Assembly: GCA_963716175.1 (NCBI GenBank)
Contig: OY970296.1
Location: forward strand, 3,533,684 to 3,597,683
Direction of reading: 5' to 3'
DNA: 64,000 nucleotides
Source of the DNA: an uncultured Armatimonadetes bacterium
GTDB lineage: Bacteria; Armatimonadota; Hebobacteria; Hebobacterales; Hebobacteraceae
Positions 28,175-38,184 of the stretch are shown piece by piece; position 1 is the stretch's first letter; each line of letters opens with the position of its first letter. The position numbers and the translations under genes are program-made. The notes beneath the pieces were generated by a model. That model saw only the letters and a list, made by a program, of their open reading frames with translations. It had not been told where the DNA came from and ran no database searches.

Positions 28175-29488
28175 ATGACATCACAGCAAGATTCGGTCCC
28201 CTGCGGATTGCTGGAGGCGCGTTTCGTAGATATCTTCGGCCGGGTGAAGGCGATGGCCATTCCCCTGCAGCAGCCGTCGGCCGATCTGGCGCAAGTGGCG
28301 CGCGATCCTGCCGTGCTCAGAGGTATCAGCGTAGATGGATCCAGCGTCGCTGGCTACACTCAGGTGGAGGACTCGGACCTCCACCTGGCCCCGGATGTCA
28401 GCACCATCTTCCGAGTGCCGTATGACGGAAGGCGGGCCGCCGCCTATTGCGACATCTACCAGCGCGGGGAAGGGCCGCAGGGCGCGCCCGTTGCCGCCGA
28501 TCCCCGGGGCCGCCTGAAGGCGGTGCTGACCGAGTGCCTGACGCCTCAGCAGCGAGTCGAGATCAAGCCCGAGTTGGAGTTCTTCCTGTTGCGCGGGGAG
28601 GCGCCGGCCGATGGCGGAGGATACCTGGACATCTACCCGAATGACGAGCTGGCCGAGCGCCTGAACGAGATCTTCTTCTCCTTACAGCAGATGGGCATCC
28701 CCCTGGAGCGAGTGCACCACGAATGCGCGCCGGGGCAGGTTGAGGTGGAGGTGGACTACGCGCCCGTCGTCTCCCAGGCCGATCGGCTGGTGTCAGCGAA
28801 AGTCGCCATCCGGGCCCTTGCCCACCGCGCCGGATTGCGCGCCAACTTCATGCCCAAGCCGATGGCCGGCATCGCCGGCAGCGGGATGCACATTCACTTC
28901 CGCCTGCTCCAGGGCAACCGGAACCTGTTGGGCGCGGAGGGTGGCCGGCTTTCCGATACTGGCCGCCACTTCGTCGCCGGATTGCTGCGGCATGCACCCG
29001 CGCTCACCGCGGTGTGCAATCCCTCGGTGAACTCCTACAAGCGACTGGTGCCAGGCCACGAGGCCCCGGTGTATATCTGCTGGGGATACCGCAACCGCTC
29101 TGCCCTGGTCCGCGTCCCTCTGGCCACCAGCCCCGAGAAGGTCGCGGTCGAGCTCCGCTCTCCCGATGCCACGGCCAACTTCTACTTCGCCATTGCCGCC
29201 ATTCTCGCTGCCGGCATGGAGGGCGTGCGCCGCCAGCTTGAGCCGCCCGACGAGCGCCCGGAGAACGTCTATCAGCTGACGGCCGCGCAGCTCAGGCGCC
29301 TGGGCGTGAAGCCTCTGCCCGCCACCCTGGGAGAAGCGCTCGCCGCGCTGGAACGAGACCCGGTGGTGCTGGAGGCGCTGGGGGCCGAGGTGGCGCCGCG
29401 CTTCCTCGCGCTTCACCGGCAGACCTGGGACCAGTACCTGCACGGGGTCGTGACCGACTGGGAGCGGCAGACCTACGCTGATTACTGA
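28175..29488 (+). CDS. glutamine synthetase family protein (type I-like / gamma-glutamyl-amine ligase)
   Basis: 437 aa, GS catalytic domain motifs (HIHF, NPSVNSYKRL). Confidence 0.8.
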   Translation: MTSQQDSVPCGLLEARFVDIFGRVKAMAIPLQQPSADLAQVARDPAVLRGISVDGSSVAGYTQVEDSDLHLAPDVSTIFRVPYDGRRAAAYCDIYQRGEGPQGAPVAADPRGRLKAVLTECLTPQQRVEIKPELEFFLLRGEAPADGGGYLDIYPNDELAERLNEIFFSLQQMGIPLERVHHECAPGQVEVEVDYAPVVSQADRLVSAKVAIRALAHRAGLRANFMPKPMAGIAGSGMHIHFRLLQGNRNLLGAEGGRLSDTGRHFVAGLLRHAPALTAVCNPSVNSYKRLVPGHEAPVYICWGYRNRSALVRVPLATSPEKVAVELRSPDATANFYFAIAAILAAGMEGVRRQLEPPDERPENVYQLTAAQLRRLGVKPLPATLGEALAALERDPVVLEALGAEVAPRFLALHRQTWDQYLHGVVTDWERQTYADY

Positions 29489-29497
29489 TGTAGACAG

Positions 29498-29519
29498 TGG
29501 GAGCCCGCAGAGAGGCTCC
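29498..29519 (+). terminator. hairpin GGGAGCC-cgcagaga-GGCTCCC after GS gene
   Basis: 7-bp GC stem. Confidence 0.4.
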
Positions 29520-29799
29520 CCTACGAACTGCATTCAGATGTTGGGCAGGAGCTTCAGTCGCCTCTGGTGACTTGCCTCCTGCCCTTTCTGTGTCGCATGC
29601 TAGTCCGCAGAGGGGCTCGCCTGTGGGGTTCTGGGGCGGAGCGGCCGGCCGCTCGTAGGGGCGACTCTCAGCGGTCGCCCGACGGTGTCCTCACCCCTCA
29701 GACCGCCAGGCGATAAATGCTCTGCGGGAGGAGATGCAGGCTCCCGGAACGAAGCAAGGGCCGGCGGAAGTGGATGCTGGGTGGGAGGAGGCTGCTGGC

Positions 29800-32476
29800 A
29801 TGAGTGCATTGTCTCAGACCCCGCTCTTGCTGACCGCGGTTCTCCTGGTGCTGGCCGCAGGTGGAGCTTCTCTGATCCTGCTGCCCGGTCGGGGTGCGCG
29901 CAGAAGACGGCTCCGGGACCTGGTGACACTGCTCCGCGCCGCCGACCCGAGCGTGCGCGTCCAAGCCCTGGAGAGAGCCCATTCCCTGGCGGCCAGGGAC
30001 CGCCTCCTGCTCGGCGGCCTGCTCCGGCGCAATCTCGCTAGCTCCTCCAGGACCTCTGACCCAACGCAGCCCATGACCGTCTGGTTCATACGCCAGATCC
30101 TCGCCTTGCTCGTGGACGCGCGAACCGCGGTCAGGAGCGATGCCGCCCGCGCGCTGCGCGCGATCATGCAGAGTGATAGCTCACAGCTGATGGACAGGGA
30201 TGACCCGGCTGTGCTCTCCCCGGCAGTCGCGGGAGTGCTGGAGCTGGCCGGGGGCCGCGTGCTGGCCGCCAGCCGGGAGAGGCCTGACCAGACCCGGGTG
30301 CTCGCTTTCGCGGGAGATGCTGGAGGCCGGCCTGCGGCCTCTCGCGCTCGGCCTGCGGGATGGCATCAAGACGGAGACGCTGGAACCCTTGACTGCGGCC
30401 CTGCGGGATCGCAGCCCCCGCGTGCGGCGCAGCCTCTATGAGGTGCTGGCGGCCTTGGGTGGAGAGAAGTCCACTGAGCTGCTGGTGATGGCGCTCCAGG
30501 ACCCCAGTCCGGACCTCCGGGCCCAGGCCGCTCGTTCCCTGGGCAAGGCCAAGGCCGGATCAGCCGTGCCTCAGCTCACGCCTCTGCTGCGCGATCCGAT
30601 TGGCGAGGTGCGGGCGGCCGCCGCCTCGGCGCTGGCCGAGGTCGGCCTGGCCAGCGCCTGCGCGTCCGTGATCGAGGCCCTCGCCGAGGAGTGCCGGAGA
30701 GGGGATAGTGCGGAGGCTGCTCGTGCCGCCATGACCGATGCCATCGCGCGGCTGGCGGATGGGGGCCGCCCCGAGCTAACGCAAGCGCTGACCAGCCTAC
30801 CCAGGCCGGTGGCCTCCCGGCTGGCAGCCGCGCTGGAGCGGAACGGAGTAATAGAGCGCTGGCTCGCCGGCCGGGAAGCGAAGGAGCAAAGCGAGCTGCT
30901 TGCCGGCGCCGCCGAACTGGGAGTCTCCCGGCCCTTCCTGGAGGCGCTCGACTCTGCCGAGCAATCAGTTCGCCTGCAGTCTGCCGCCGCCCTGGGGCAT
31001 AGCCATGATCCTGCGGCACTGACCGCGGTGGCGGCCCTGCTCGCCGATTCGGATGCCAAGGTGAGAGGAGAGGTGGTGAACTCGCTGGCGAGGTTAAGCG
31101 GGCCGCTGAGCCTGGGCCCGCTGGCCCGGGGGGCGTCGGACCCGGACTCCGGGGTGCGTCTGGCGGCGGTCGGGGGCCTGGGGCACGTGCTCTCCGAGCA
31201 GTCGGCCTGGAGAAGCGATTCCCTGCCCGGCGATTTCGATCTGGCAGCCGCGCTCTCCCACTCGCAGCAATCGTTGCTGCTGGCAGCCAGAGATCCCGGG
31301 GAGGGGGTACGGGTGCAGGCGGCGCAGGCGCTTGCGGTCTTCAGTTCCGGGGAAGCGGCCTCGGCGCTGGTAGGATTGGCTTTGGGCGATGCCAGCCAGA
31401 TGGTTCGCGAGACCGCGACGCAGGCGGTGGCGCGGTGCGGATTCGCCCACATCCGACACCTGCTGGCCGCTGCGCTCGAGGATCAGGAGGAAAGCCAGCG
31501 AGTGCGCGCCATGGGAGTGCTGGGGGCGCTGGGAGGACCCGAGGCGGGACGGTATCTGGTTGAGGCCCTGCGTGATCCCGCAGCCCAGGTGAGGGAGGCG
31601 GCCCTTTCCGCCCTCTCCCACCATCCAGTGGACGCTCTTGCCGACCGGCTGGCACCGGAACTGAGGAACTCGGATCCGCGGGTGCGAGCCGGAGTAGCGG
31701 CCCTGCTGGGGGAGGCTGGCTCCGCTCAGTACGTTGATGCCCTGGCCCAGGCGCTCGCCGATCCGGACCAGGAGGTCCGAGTGAGCGCCCTGACTGCGCT
31801 GGCCCAGTTGGGGCGGCCAGTGCGCAGGTACGAGAGCGCGTTCAGCGCCAGGCTCAGCGATCCCAGCCCGCGGGTGCGGGAAACCGCGGCGGCCGCGCTG
31901 GAGGCGCTGCGGGAAGCCTGGACCGCCGCGCCCGAGGCCGCCGACTGGCTGCGGGCAGGCCCGCTATCGGCGGCGGGGGCGGCCGCGCTGGTGGAGGACG
32001 CGGTTGGCGGCGAGCTGGAGCCGCTCTTGCGAGCGCTGGACAATGCCCAGTCGGCCCGTTCCCTGGCCCTCTACCTTGCCGGCCTGGGCCGGGGAAAGCT
32101 AAACTCGCTGCTCTCCTCGCTGCGCCGGGCCGAAGGTCCGGCGCAGATGCGCGCGGTGGCTGCGCTCTCCCAGGCGCTTCGGCAGGCCGGAGCGGCTGAT
32201 GGCTATCTGGCCGAACTGAAAGCGATAGACTCCGAGGTCCGGCTGATGGCAGTCGAGATGGCAGGCCTGCTGGCCACGCCGGAGGCGATTGGCGCGCTGC
32301 TGGAGGTATTGGAGCGGGATCCACTGCCGGAGGTGAGGAGCCGCGCGGCCTCCATGCTTGCCGAGACGCCGGGCGGAAGCGTTGAGGCGGCCCTGCTGCG
32401 CGCCCAGGCGGAGGATCCCAACGAAGTGGTCCGCCTGGTCGCAGCCCGAGTCCTGGGCCGGCTGCCCCAGGCCTGA
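29800..32476 (+). CDS. membrane-anchored HEAT-repeat (PBS-lyase-type) protein, ~890 aa, interrupted by +1 frameshift near 30300-30315
   Basis: N-part (TM + HEAT-like) in frame 1 to ~30310, continues in frame 2 (EMLEAGLRPL...); ~20 HEAT repeats (DP..VR..A..AL). Confidence 0.65.
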
Positions 32477-32540
32477 AGCGCTCCTCTCCCACCGTGATTG
32501 ACCTCCGGGGCCGGCTCGGCCCCGAACTGCGAGGCAGCCC

Positions 32541-32954
32541 ATGAGATTCGCCACCGACTATCTCTGGTTCAACACCAGCAAGCCCCGTGAGTATGTCAAC
32601 ATCACCGAGCAGGTCGCGCGGGTGGTGGAGGAGAGCGGGATTCGAGAAGGGATGGTGTTGGTCTCCGCCATGCACATCACCGCCGGGGTATACGTGAATG
32701 ATGCGGAATCCGGGATCATCCGCGATATTGACGAGTGGGCCAATCGCCTCGCGCCCAAGGGGCCCGATTACCACCACCACCGAACCGGTGAGGGCAACGG
32801 GGACGCACACCTGAAGAGCCTCCTGGTTCACCATCAGGTGGTCGTGCCCATCACCGCCGGCCGGCTCGACCTGGGCCCCTGGCAGCGGATCTACTACGCC
32901 GAGTTCGACGGTCAGCGGCGCAAGCGGGTCATCATCAAGGCCATGGGCGAGTGA
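32541..32954 (+). CDS. YjbQ/UPF0047 family (secondary thiamine-phosphate synthase)
   Basis: 137 aa; HITAG...NDAESG, GD.H.K motifs. Confidence 0.85.
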   Translation: MRFATDYLWFNTSKPREYVNITEQVARVVEESGIREGMVLVSAMHITAGVYVNDAESGIIRDIDEWANRLAPKGPDYHHHRTGEGNGDAHLKSLLVHHQVVVPITAGRLDLGPWQRIYYAEFDGQRRKRVIIKAMGE

Positions 32955-32984
32955 GGCGCAGCCGCGGGCGGCGAACGTATCGGC

Positions 32985-33749
32985 TCAGGCTGACGCAGCT
33001 CCGCCGGGCAGCAGACGGCCGCTCTGCACCACATAGGGGTGGGTGGCCTCGGCCGACTGCCACTGCTGGCTTCCCCCGGCGCCAGGGTCGTAGGCACACA
33101 TCGCCATCACGCCGAGTGCCTGAAGCAGTCCAGTCGCCCGCCTCTCATATTCCCACCAGGCACCTGGCGGCATCTGTCGCACCAGCGCCCTGCGCGGCCA
33201 GCTGAAGGTCCGTGCCTTTCCCCCGGAGTGAGGGCGAATGGCCTGCTCGGTGCGTCTGAGCTGGCCGTCGGCCGTGAACTCGCCGGGCGGAAGGTAGCAC
33301 TCGGAGGGGGAGATGAAGACCAGACTCGCTTGCACCAGCGCCCGATCGGGGCCGGGATCCAGTCGGGCGATAGCTCGGCGCAGCTGAGCTGACCAGCTTG
33401 GGGCAGCGATGCACTGGCAATGCTCACCGGCCTGGAGCCCGGCCGCGAGGAACCGCGCTGCCACTGCCAACGCTTCCTGGCTCGTCTCCGGGAGCAGACA
33501 GAGATGGCTTCCCTCGGGAACTTGGTCGGCGGAGAACCCCAAGTCCACCATCTTCGCCCACGCATCGGCCGGGTGAGCGCCGGATGCGGCAGGCGCAAGC
33601 TGCCAGTGCGCGTAGTAGCCGGTGCGGCCGTCCGGGAAGCTCACCGCCAGGAAGAGGCGGCCCACCTCTTTGACTGTGCCAGTAGCGCCGACAGGTATAC
33701 CTGGCAGGGCCACCACCGTTCGCGCTCTATCGCCTACGCGCATCGCCAC
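32985..33749 (-). CDS. MEDS-domain-like protein with N-terminal small beta domain
   Basis: HLCLL.ETSQEALAVAARFLAAGLQAGE.C, C.YD pattern reminiscent of MEDS sensory domain; no HTH/kinase fused. Confidence 0.5.
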   Translation of the reverse strand: MAMRVGDRARTVVALPGIPVGATGTVKEVGRLFLAVSFPDGRTGYYAHWQLAPAASGAHPADAWAKMVDLGFSADQVPEGSHLCLLPETSQEALAVAARFLAAGLQAGEHCQCIAAPSWSAQLRRAIARLDPGPDRALVQASLVFISPSECYLPPGEFTADGQLRRTEQAIRPHSGGKARTFSWPRRALVRQMPPGAWWEYERRATGLLQALGVMAMCAYDPGAGGSQQWQSAEATHPYVVQSGRLLPGGAASA

Positions 33750-33939
33750 TCCACTGCCGCCTGCTCGGATGCCGTCCCCCTACCTAGTTACTTCCACTTG
33801 TAGGTTCGCTGTGTCGCTGCAAGACCTTCACATGTTTGTTCACGGCTCGCGCCATTGCTCACAGTTCCCGATGTAAGCGCTAACGCGGCTCGATGGTGAT
33901 TGCAGGGTCAAACGGCCGCCTGCCGAAACCCGCGGCACT

Positions 33940-34923
33940 GTGGCCGAATATCACTACTGCACCCATGCCGAGGTCCCCGACTGGGAGGCGCTGATCCGCG
34001 AGCTCTCGGCGTTAGAGGGACTGACTTTCTCCCACTATGATGGTGTCGTCCACGCCACGCCCAGCTTCCTGCAGTGGTACACCGCCCGGCCTGGCCTGAA
34101 GCCAGGCCTCTGCCAGGCCGCCTTTGCTGGGAACAAGCTGGTCTCCAACGTGTTCGTCACCCTGGCCCGGATGAGGCTGGGGGGCGGCCCCGTGATCTGT
34201 GGGCTGGTTGATACCGTGATGACTCACCCCGATCACCGCCGCAGAGGCCTCGCCACTGCGCTGCTCGAGCGCGCGCTGAGGGCGATGGAGTCGGAGGGCG
34301 CGGACCTCAGCCTGCTCTACACGGCGCGCGCGGAGGCAGTGCTTCCGCCCGAGCGGCTCTACCAGCGGCTGGGGTACGCGCCGCGAGAACTCGTGACCCG
34401 TCTGCTGAGGCCGGCCCGCCCGGCGGAAGGATCGCCCTCCGTGCTGATGCCTCCGGATGCAAGCGCCCGCCAAGTATTCGATCAGTCGCTGTCCGGGCAC
34501 GACGGCTGGCTTCTGCTCGACGATGATCTCTGGAGGTGGCGCCGCCAGCAGCGGCCCCGCGAGTATCCGGTGGCATTGCTCAGGACTGCCTCCGGCGGCG
34601 CAGCTGCGCTCTGTACGGGTGAGCTGATCATGTCTGGCGCGCCACTTCCGGTAAGCGTGATCAGCGATCTCGTGCTGCCCGCGGGTGCTGCCGCTCGCGG
34701 CGCGTTGGATGCTCTGCTCGCCTGCGCGCCCGCGGAGGCGGCGATCACTGTGCTCTGCCCGCAATCTGAGGTGCAGAGAGAACGGCTTCTGCTGGAGGCC
34801 GGCTTTGCGCCCTCCGGTGTGGAGGTGGCCATGCTGCGGCCCATTAGCGAGCGGGGCCGGGCCGCGCTCCGCGCACCAGCCGCTCCCTGGTACGTGGCTG
34901 TCGAGTCCGTGATCGGGGTCTGA
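33940..34923 (+). CDS. GNAT-family N-acetyltransferase
   Basis: HRRRGLATALLE acetyl-CoA binding motif. Confidence 0.75.
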   Translation: MAEYHYCTHAEVPDWEALIRELSALEGLTFSHYDGVVHATPSFLQWYTARPGLKPGLCQAAFAGNKLVSNVFVTLARMRLGGGPVICGLVDTVMTHPDHRRRGLATALLERALRAMESEGADLSLLYTARAEAVLPPERLYQRLGYAPRELVTRLLRPARPAEGSPSVLMPPDASARQVFDQSLSGHDGWLLLDDDLWRWRRQQRPREYPVALLRTASGGAAALCTGELIMSGAPLPVSVISDLVLPAGAAARGALDALLACAPAEAAITVLCPQSEVQRERLLLEAGFAPSGVEVAMLRPISERGRAALRAPAAPWYVAVESVIGV

Positions 34924-36024
34924 GCCGCAGTCCCCCAGAACGCCTTACCTGTCGTCAACCTCCCCGCCAGATCCTGGCCGTCTCCGCCCTGTCATAATCT
35001 GCCTCCCAAAGCTCGCCCCCCTTAGCTCCTGCCGCTAAAGTCTCTCCCGGCATCTGGCGATATCTAGTGTGGTGGGCTCAAGCGTACCGGACAGACAGCA
35101 GAGGGCGTGCGCTTGCCCCCCTTCACCATGACCAGAACCTGCGCTGCGCTGACTACGCTTGCCGCGTTGCCGGAAGGGCTAGGGGCCCAGAGCCCTGGCC
35201 GCCTTCGCAGAGAACATGCCCGCCCTGAGTTGGACGCTCGCTACCGCAGCGCCCCAGGGCGTCCGCTCGGGCGGGCACCAGCAGCGCTGGCGAGCTCAGT
35301 GGGCTCGCAAATCCGGCTTTTCGCAGCTCCGCCCTCTGGCCCGCATTCGACCCCGGTCGCTCCCGCACGGCCGGGCAGGATCGGGCCGCTTTTGCCTCCG
35401 CCCGCCCGGACCGGGAGCGCAAAGCTCCCGGTCCGGGCACTCCTTCTGCCTGATGGCCGCTTGCGATGAAGCGGTTCCAGGGAACGGACAGGGAGGCGAG
35501 TGGCTCTGAGCGCGCGAGCTGGGATAGGTTCGTGGAGGAGGTGCGCTTGGCCCTGGACGCGGCGCGGGCAGCGGGGGATCGGAGCCGACCGAGGCTCGGG
35601 CGGCTGGCGAGCCGGGTCACGGCAGGGCACTACTGGGTTTCGGGTCTGGCCATTGCTGAGGCTGTGGTGCAGGAGCATCAGGGAGTGGGGGAGCCATTCG
35701 CGTCCTTTCGCCGGGACGTCAGATCTACGTGCTGCCAATCTCATCCCCCTGGATCGGTGGTGTGCCTCGCGGAAGAGGGTGGGCAATGGTAGCACCCCTG
35801 GGGTTCCTCCATTGCCACTCCGCCCACCATCTGGTGGGTCTGGAGTGACTGACCCGCCGCCGGCCGGCGCCCGTCCCCCCGGTCGCGTCCGGTCGGCGGC
35901 CCGCGGGGCGCTCGACGGACCCCCGGTCCGCAGATTCCCGGGATTCCGCACACCGATGCGCAATCCCATCGCGAGCGCAAACGAGGGACTTCGGGGCGGC
36001 GAGTGCGTGGCCTTCTTGCGGTCG

Positions 36025-36828
36025 CTAGGGAACGCCTGCGAGCAGGGGCTGAAGCTGAGCGCGCAGCCGGAGCATGGCCTTGCCGTGAATCTGACAGACC
36101 CGGGATTCAGTCACCCCCAGCACACGGCCAATCTCCTTCAAGGTCAGCCCCTCATGATAGTAGAGGCTGACCGCCATCCGCTCGGCCTCCGGCAGCGCGT
36201 CGATCGCCTTCGCCAGCTCGTCTCGCTCTGCCCAGCGCTCCACTTGCTCCTCCGGGGAGAGGGCGCGGCGATCCGCCACCGTGTCACCCAGGGTGTCTTC
36301 GTCCCAACCCTCCCCGCGGCCGCCTGAGATCGCTTCATCCAGGGATTGGACGGCCTGCAGCGCCACCTCTTGGGCGATCTCACTCAGCTCCTCGACCGAG
36401 ACCTCCAGCGCCGCCGCCAGCTCCTCGTCAGAGGGAGGCCGGCCCAGCCTATCCTGCAGCCTGGCGCAGGCCGAGGTCACCTCCGACTCGCGCTGGCGAA
36501 CCGAGCGCGGCAGCCAGTCCATGTCCCGCAGCATATCCATCACTGCGCCCCGGATGCGGTGATAAGCATAGGTCTCGAACTTGACTCCTCGCCCGGGGTC
36601 GAACCGGTCAATGGCGTCTATCAGGCCCACCACCGCCTGGCTCAGCAGGTCCTCATAGCCCAGCGCCGACGCCGGCCTGAGGTTCATGCGCTCCACGACA
36701 TAGCGCGCCAGCGGGGCATAGCCCTCGATGAGCTGGCGCCGCAGCTCGGCCGCAGGCTCGGAATCGGCGCGGCTCGCCGCGTACTTCCCCCATACCCACT
36801 CTGAATCTTCCACCAGCCCCACCTCCAC
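36025..36828 (-). CDS. RNA polymerase sigma factor, FliA/WhiG (sigma-28) family
   Basis: regions 2 and 4 (YAYHRIRGA, LTLKEIG..LGVTESRVCQIH). Confidence 0.85.
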   Translation of the reverse strand: MEVGLVEDSEWVWGKYAASRADSEPAAELRRQLIEGYAPLARYVVERMNLRPASALGYEDLLSQAVVGLIDAIDRFDPGRGVKFETYAYHRIRGAVMDMLRDMDWLPRSVRQRESEVTSACARLQDRLGRPPSDEELAAALEVSVEELSEIAQEVALQAVQSLDEAISGGRGEGWDEDTLGDTVADRRALSPEEQVERWAERDELAKAIDALPEAERMAVSLYYHEGLTLKEIGRVLGVTESRVCQIHGKAMLRLRAQLQPLLAGVP

Positions 36829-36843
36829 CTGGCCCGGTCCGCG

Positions 36844-37149
36844 TCAGCGGACGGCGTGCTCGTGGCTCTCACCGCCGACCGCAGTCCCGACGGGACCGCC
36901 GCCGGCATCGTCAGCGAGTGATCCAGGTCTGGGCTGCGCCACCTCGTCCTCGCGGGGAGGCGGCCGCAGCCAGCCGAGGGCGTTCGCCGCCCAGCGTGCC
37001 AGCCAGATCACGGCCAGGAAGACCACGATGCTCGCCACCACGGCGTAGAAGGGCCCCATCCCCGCCCACAGCGCCAACTTCCCGGTAAGCGTGAGGGCCG
37101 CCATCCCCAGGCCCAGGGTCGCCCCACACACCAGGTCACACATCTTCAT
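36844..37149 (-). CDS. small 2-TM membrane protein immediately upstream of sigma factor (possible cotranscribed partner)
   Basis: 101 aa, two hydrophobic helices. Confidence 0.45.
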   Translation of the reverse strand: MKMCDLVCGATLGLGMAALTLTGKLALWAGMGPFYAVVASIVVFLAVIWLARWAANALGWLRPPPREDEVAQPRPGSLADDAGGGPVGTAVGGESHEHAVR

Positions 37150-37490
37150 CGGGGCTCTCCCCTGGGCCAGGAACCAGCGCGGGGATTAGGCAAGAGGCGG
37201 GTAGAGGGGATCCAACCGGTTGGCCAGGAGCCACGAGCGGCCTGGCGGCCACTAAGCGGCGCGACGTACGGCAAAACCGCCCGCCGGCCGCCTGAGCGGT
37301 TTCGGGCCTTCAGGCCCGGAATCGCGGCGGCCGCACGCGCGCCGTTCTGATCGCGCCGTCGTCCAAACCCCACGGTCCACGCCTCTGCTGGACTTCCTGG
37401 CTTCCTGCTGGTCCTGCGGCTCGCTCACGCGAGCCGCCAGAAAGCCACGTGGGGTCTATTCCATAGGGGTTCAGGGGTTTTGAGATCAGG

Positions 37491-38180
37491 CTAGGGCAGC
37501 CGATGTTCACCAGACCGCGCTGCCCCGAGTGCCTTGAGGCCTGATTGGGCGGCGGCATTGGCTGGGTCCAAGGCCAGCGCACGCCGGAATGCGCGCTCCG
37601 CCCCCGGCGCGTCGTCTGCCTTCCAGAGCGCGAAGCCAAGGAGCGCCTGTATTCGCGGCGCCTGGGGCACCAGCCTCGCGGCCTCTTCCGCGGACCGCCG
37701 CGCCTGGGCCGCCTGTCCCAGGCTCAGTAGCTGGTACGCTAACATGGCATGGGCTATGCCCTCGCGCGGGTCCAGCTCAATGGACCTGCGCAGCGACTGC
37801 ACCGCGCCTCGACTATCGCCCATCGCTCCCAGCACATCGCCCAGTTCGAGCGCGGCGCCGGGATCATCGGGTTTCGTCTCCGCCACCGCTCTCAGCTCGC
37901 GCGCCGCGGCCGATGTATTGCTTTCCGCGAGCAGGTGCATCGCCAGTTCCCGCCGCGCGCGGGGGTTGTCGGGGGACAGGGAGAGCGCTTGCTCGACTTT
38001 CGCGCGAGCGGCAGCACCTTCGGCTTTTGCGCCCAGCTTCTGCGCCTCATCCACTAACCGGTCGGATTGCGCCAGGCCCCGGACGCGCGGAAGCTCTGCC
38101 AGCGCCAGTCCCAGGGCCAGCACCGCGCCGAGGCTCGCCAGTACGATGAGTATGCGGAGAGTGGTATTCCGCGCTTCCAT
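37491..38180 (-). CDS. membrane-anchored TPR-repeat protein
   Basis: N-terminal TM then ~5 TPR repeats. Confidence 0.75.
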   Translation of the reverse strand: MEARNTTLRILIVLASLGAVLALGLALAELPRVRGLAQSDRLVDEAQKLGAKAEGAAARAKVEQALSLSPDNPRARRELAMHLLAESNTSAAARELRAVAETKPDDPGAALELGDVLGAMGDSRGAVQSLRRSIELDPREGIAHAMLAYQLLSLGQAAQARRSAEEAARLVPQAPRIQALLGFALWKADDAPGAERAFRRALALDPANAAAQSGLKALGAARSGEHRLP

Positions 38181-38184
38181 GTCT

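Noticed and set aside
35241-35969. 242-aa and neighbouring ORFs in the 34.9-36.0 kb region
   Set aside because: Extreme Arg/Pro/Gly composition with no motif. They are treated as non-coding, and the region is flagged instead.
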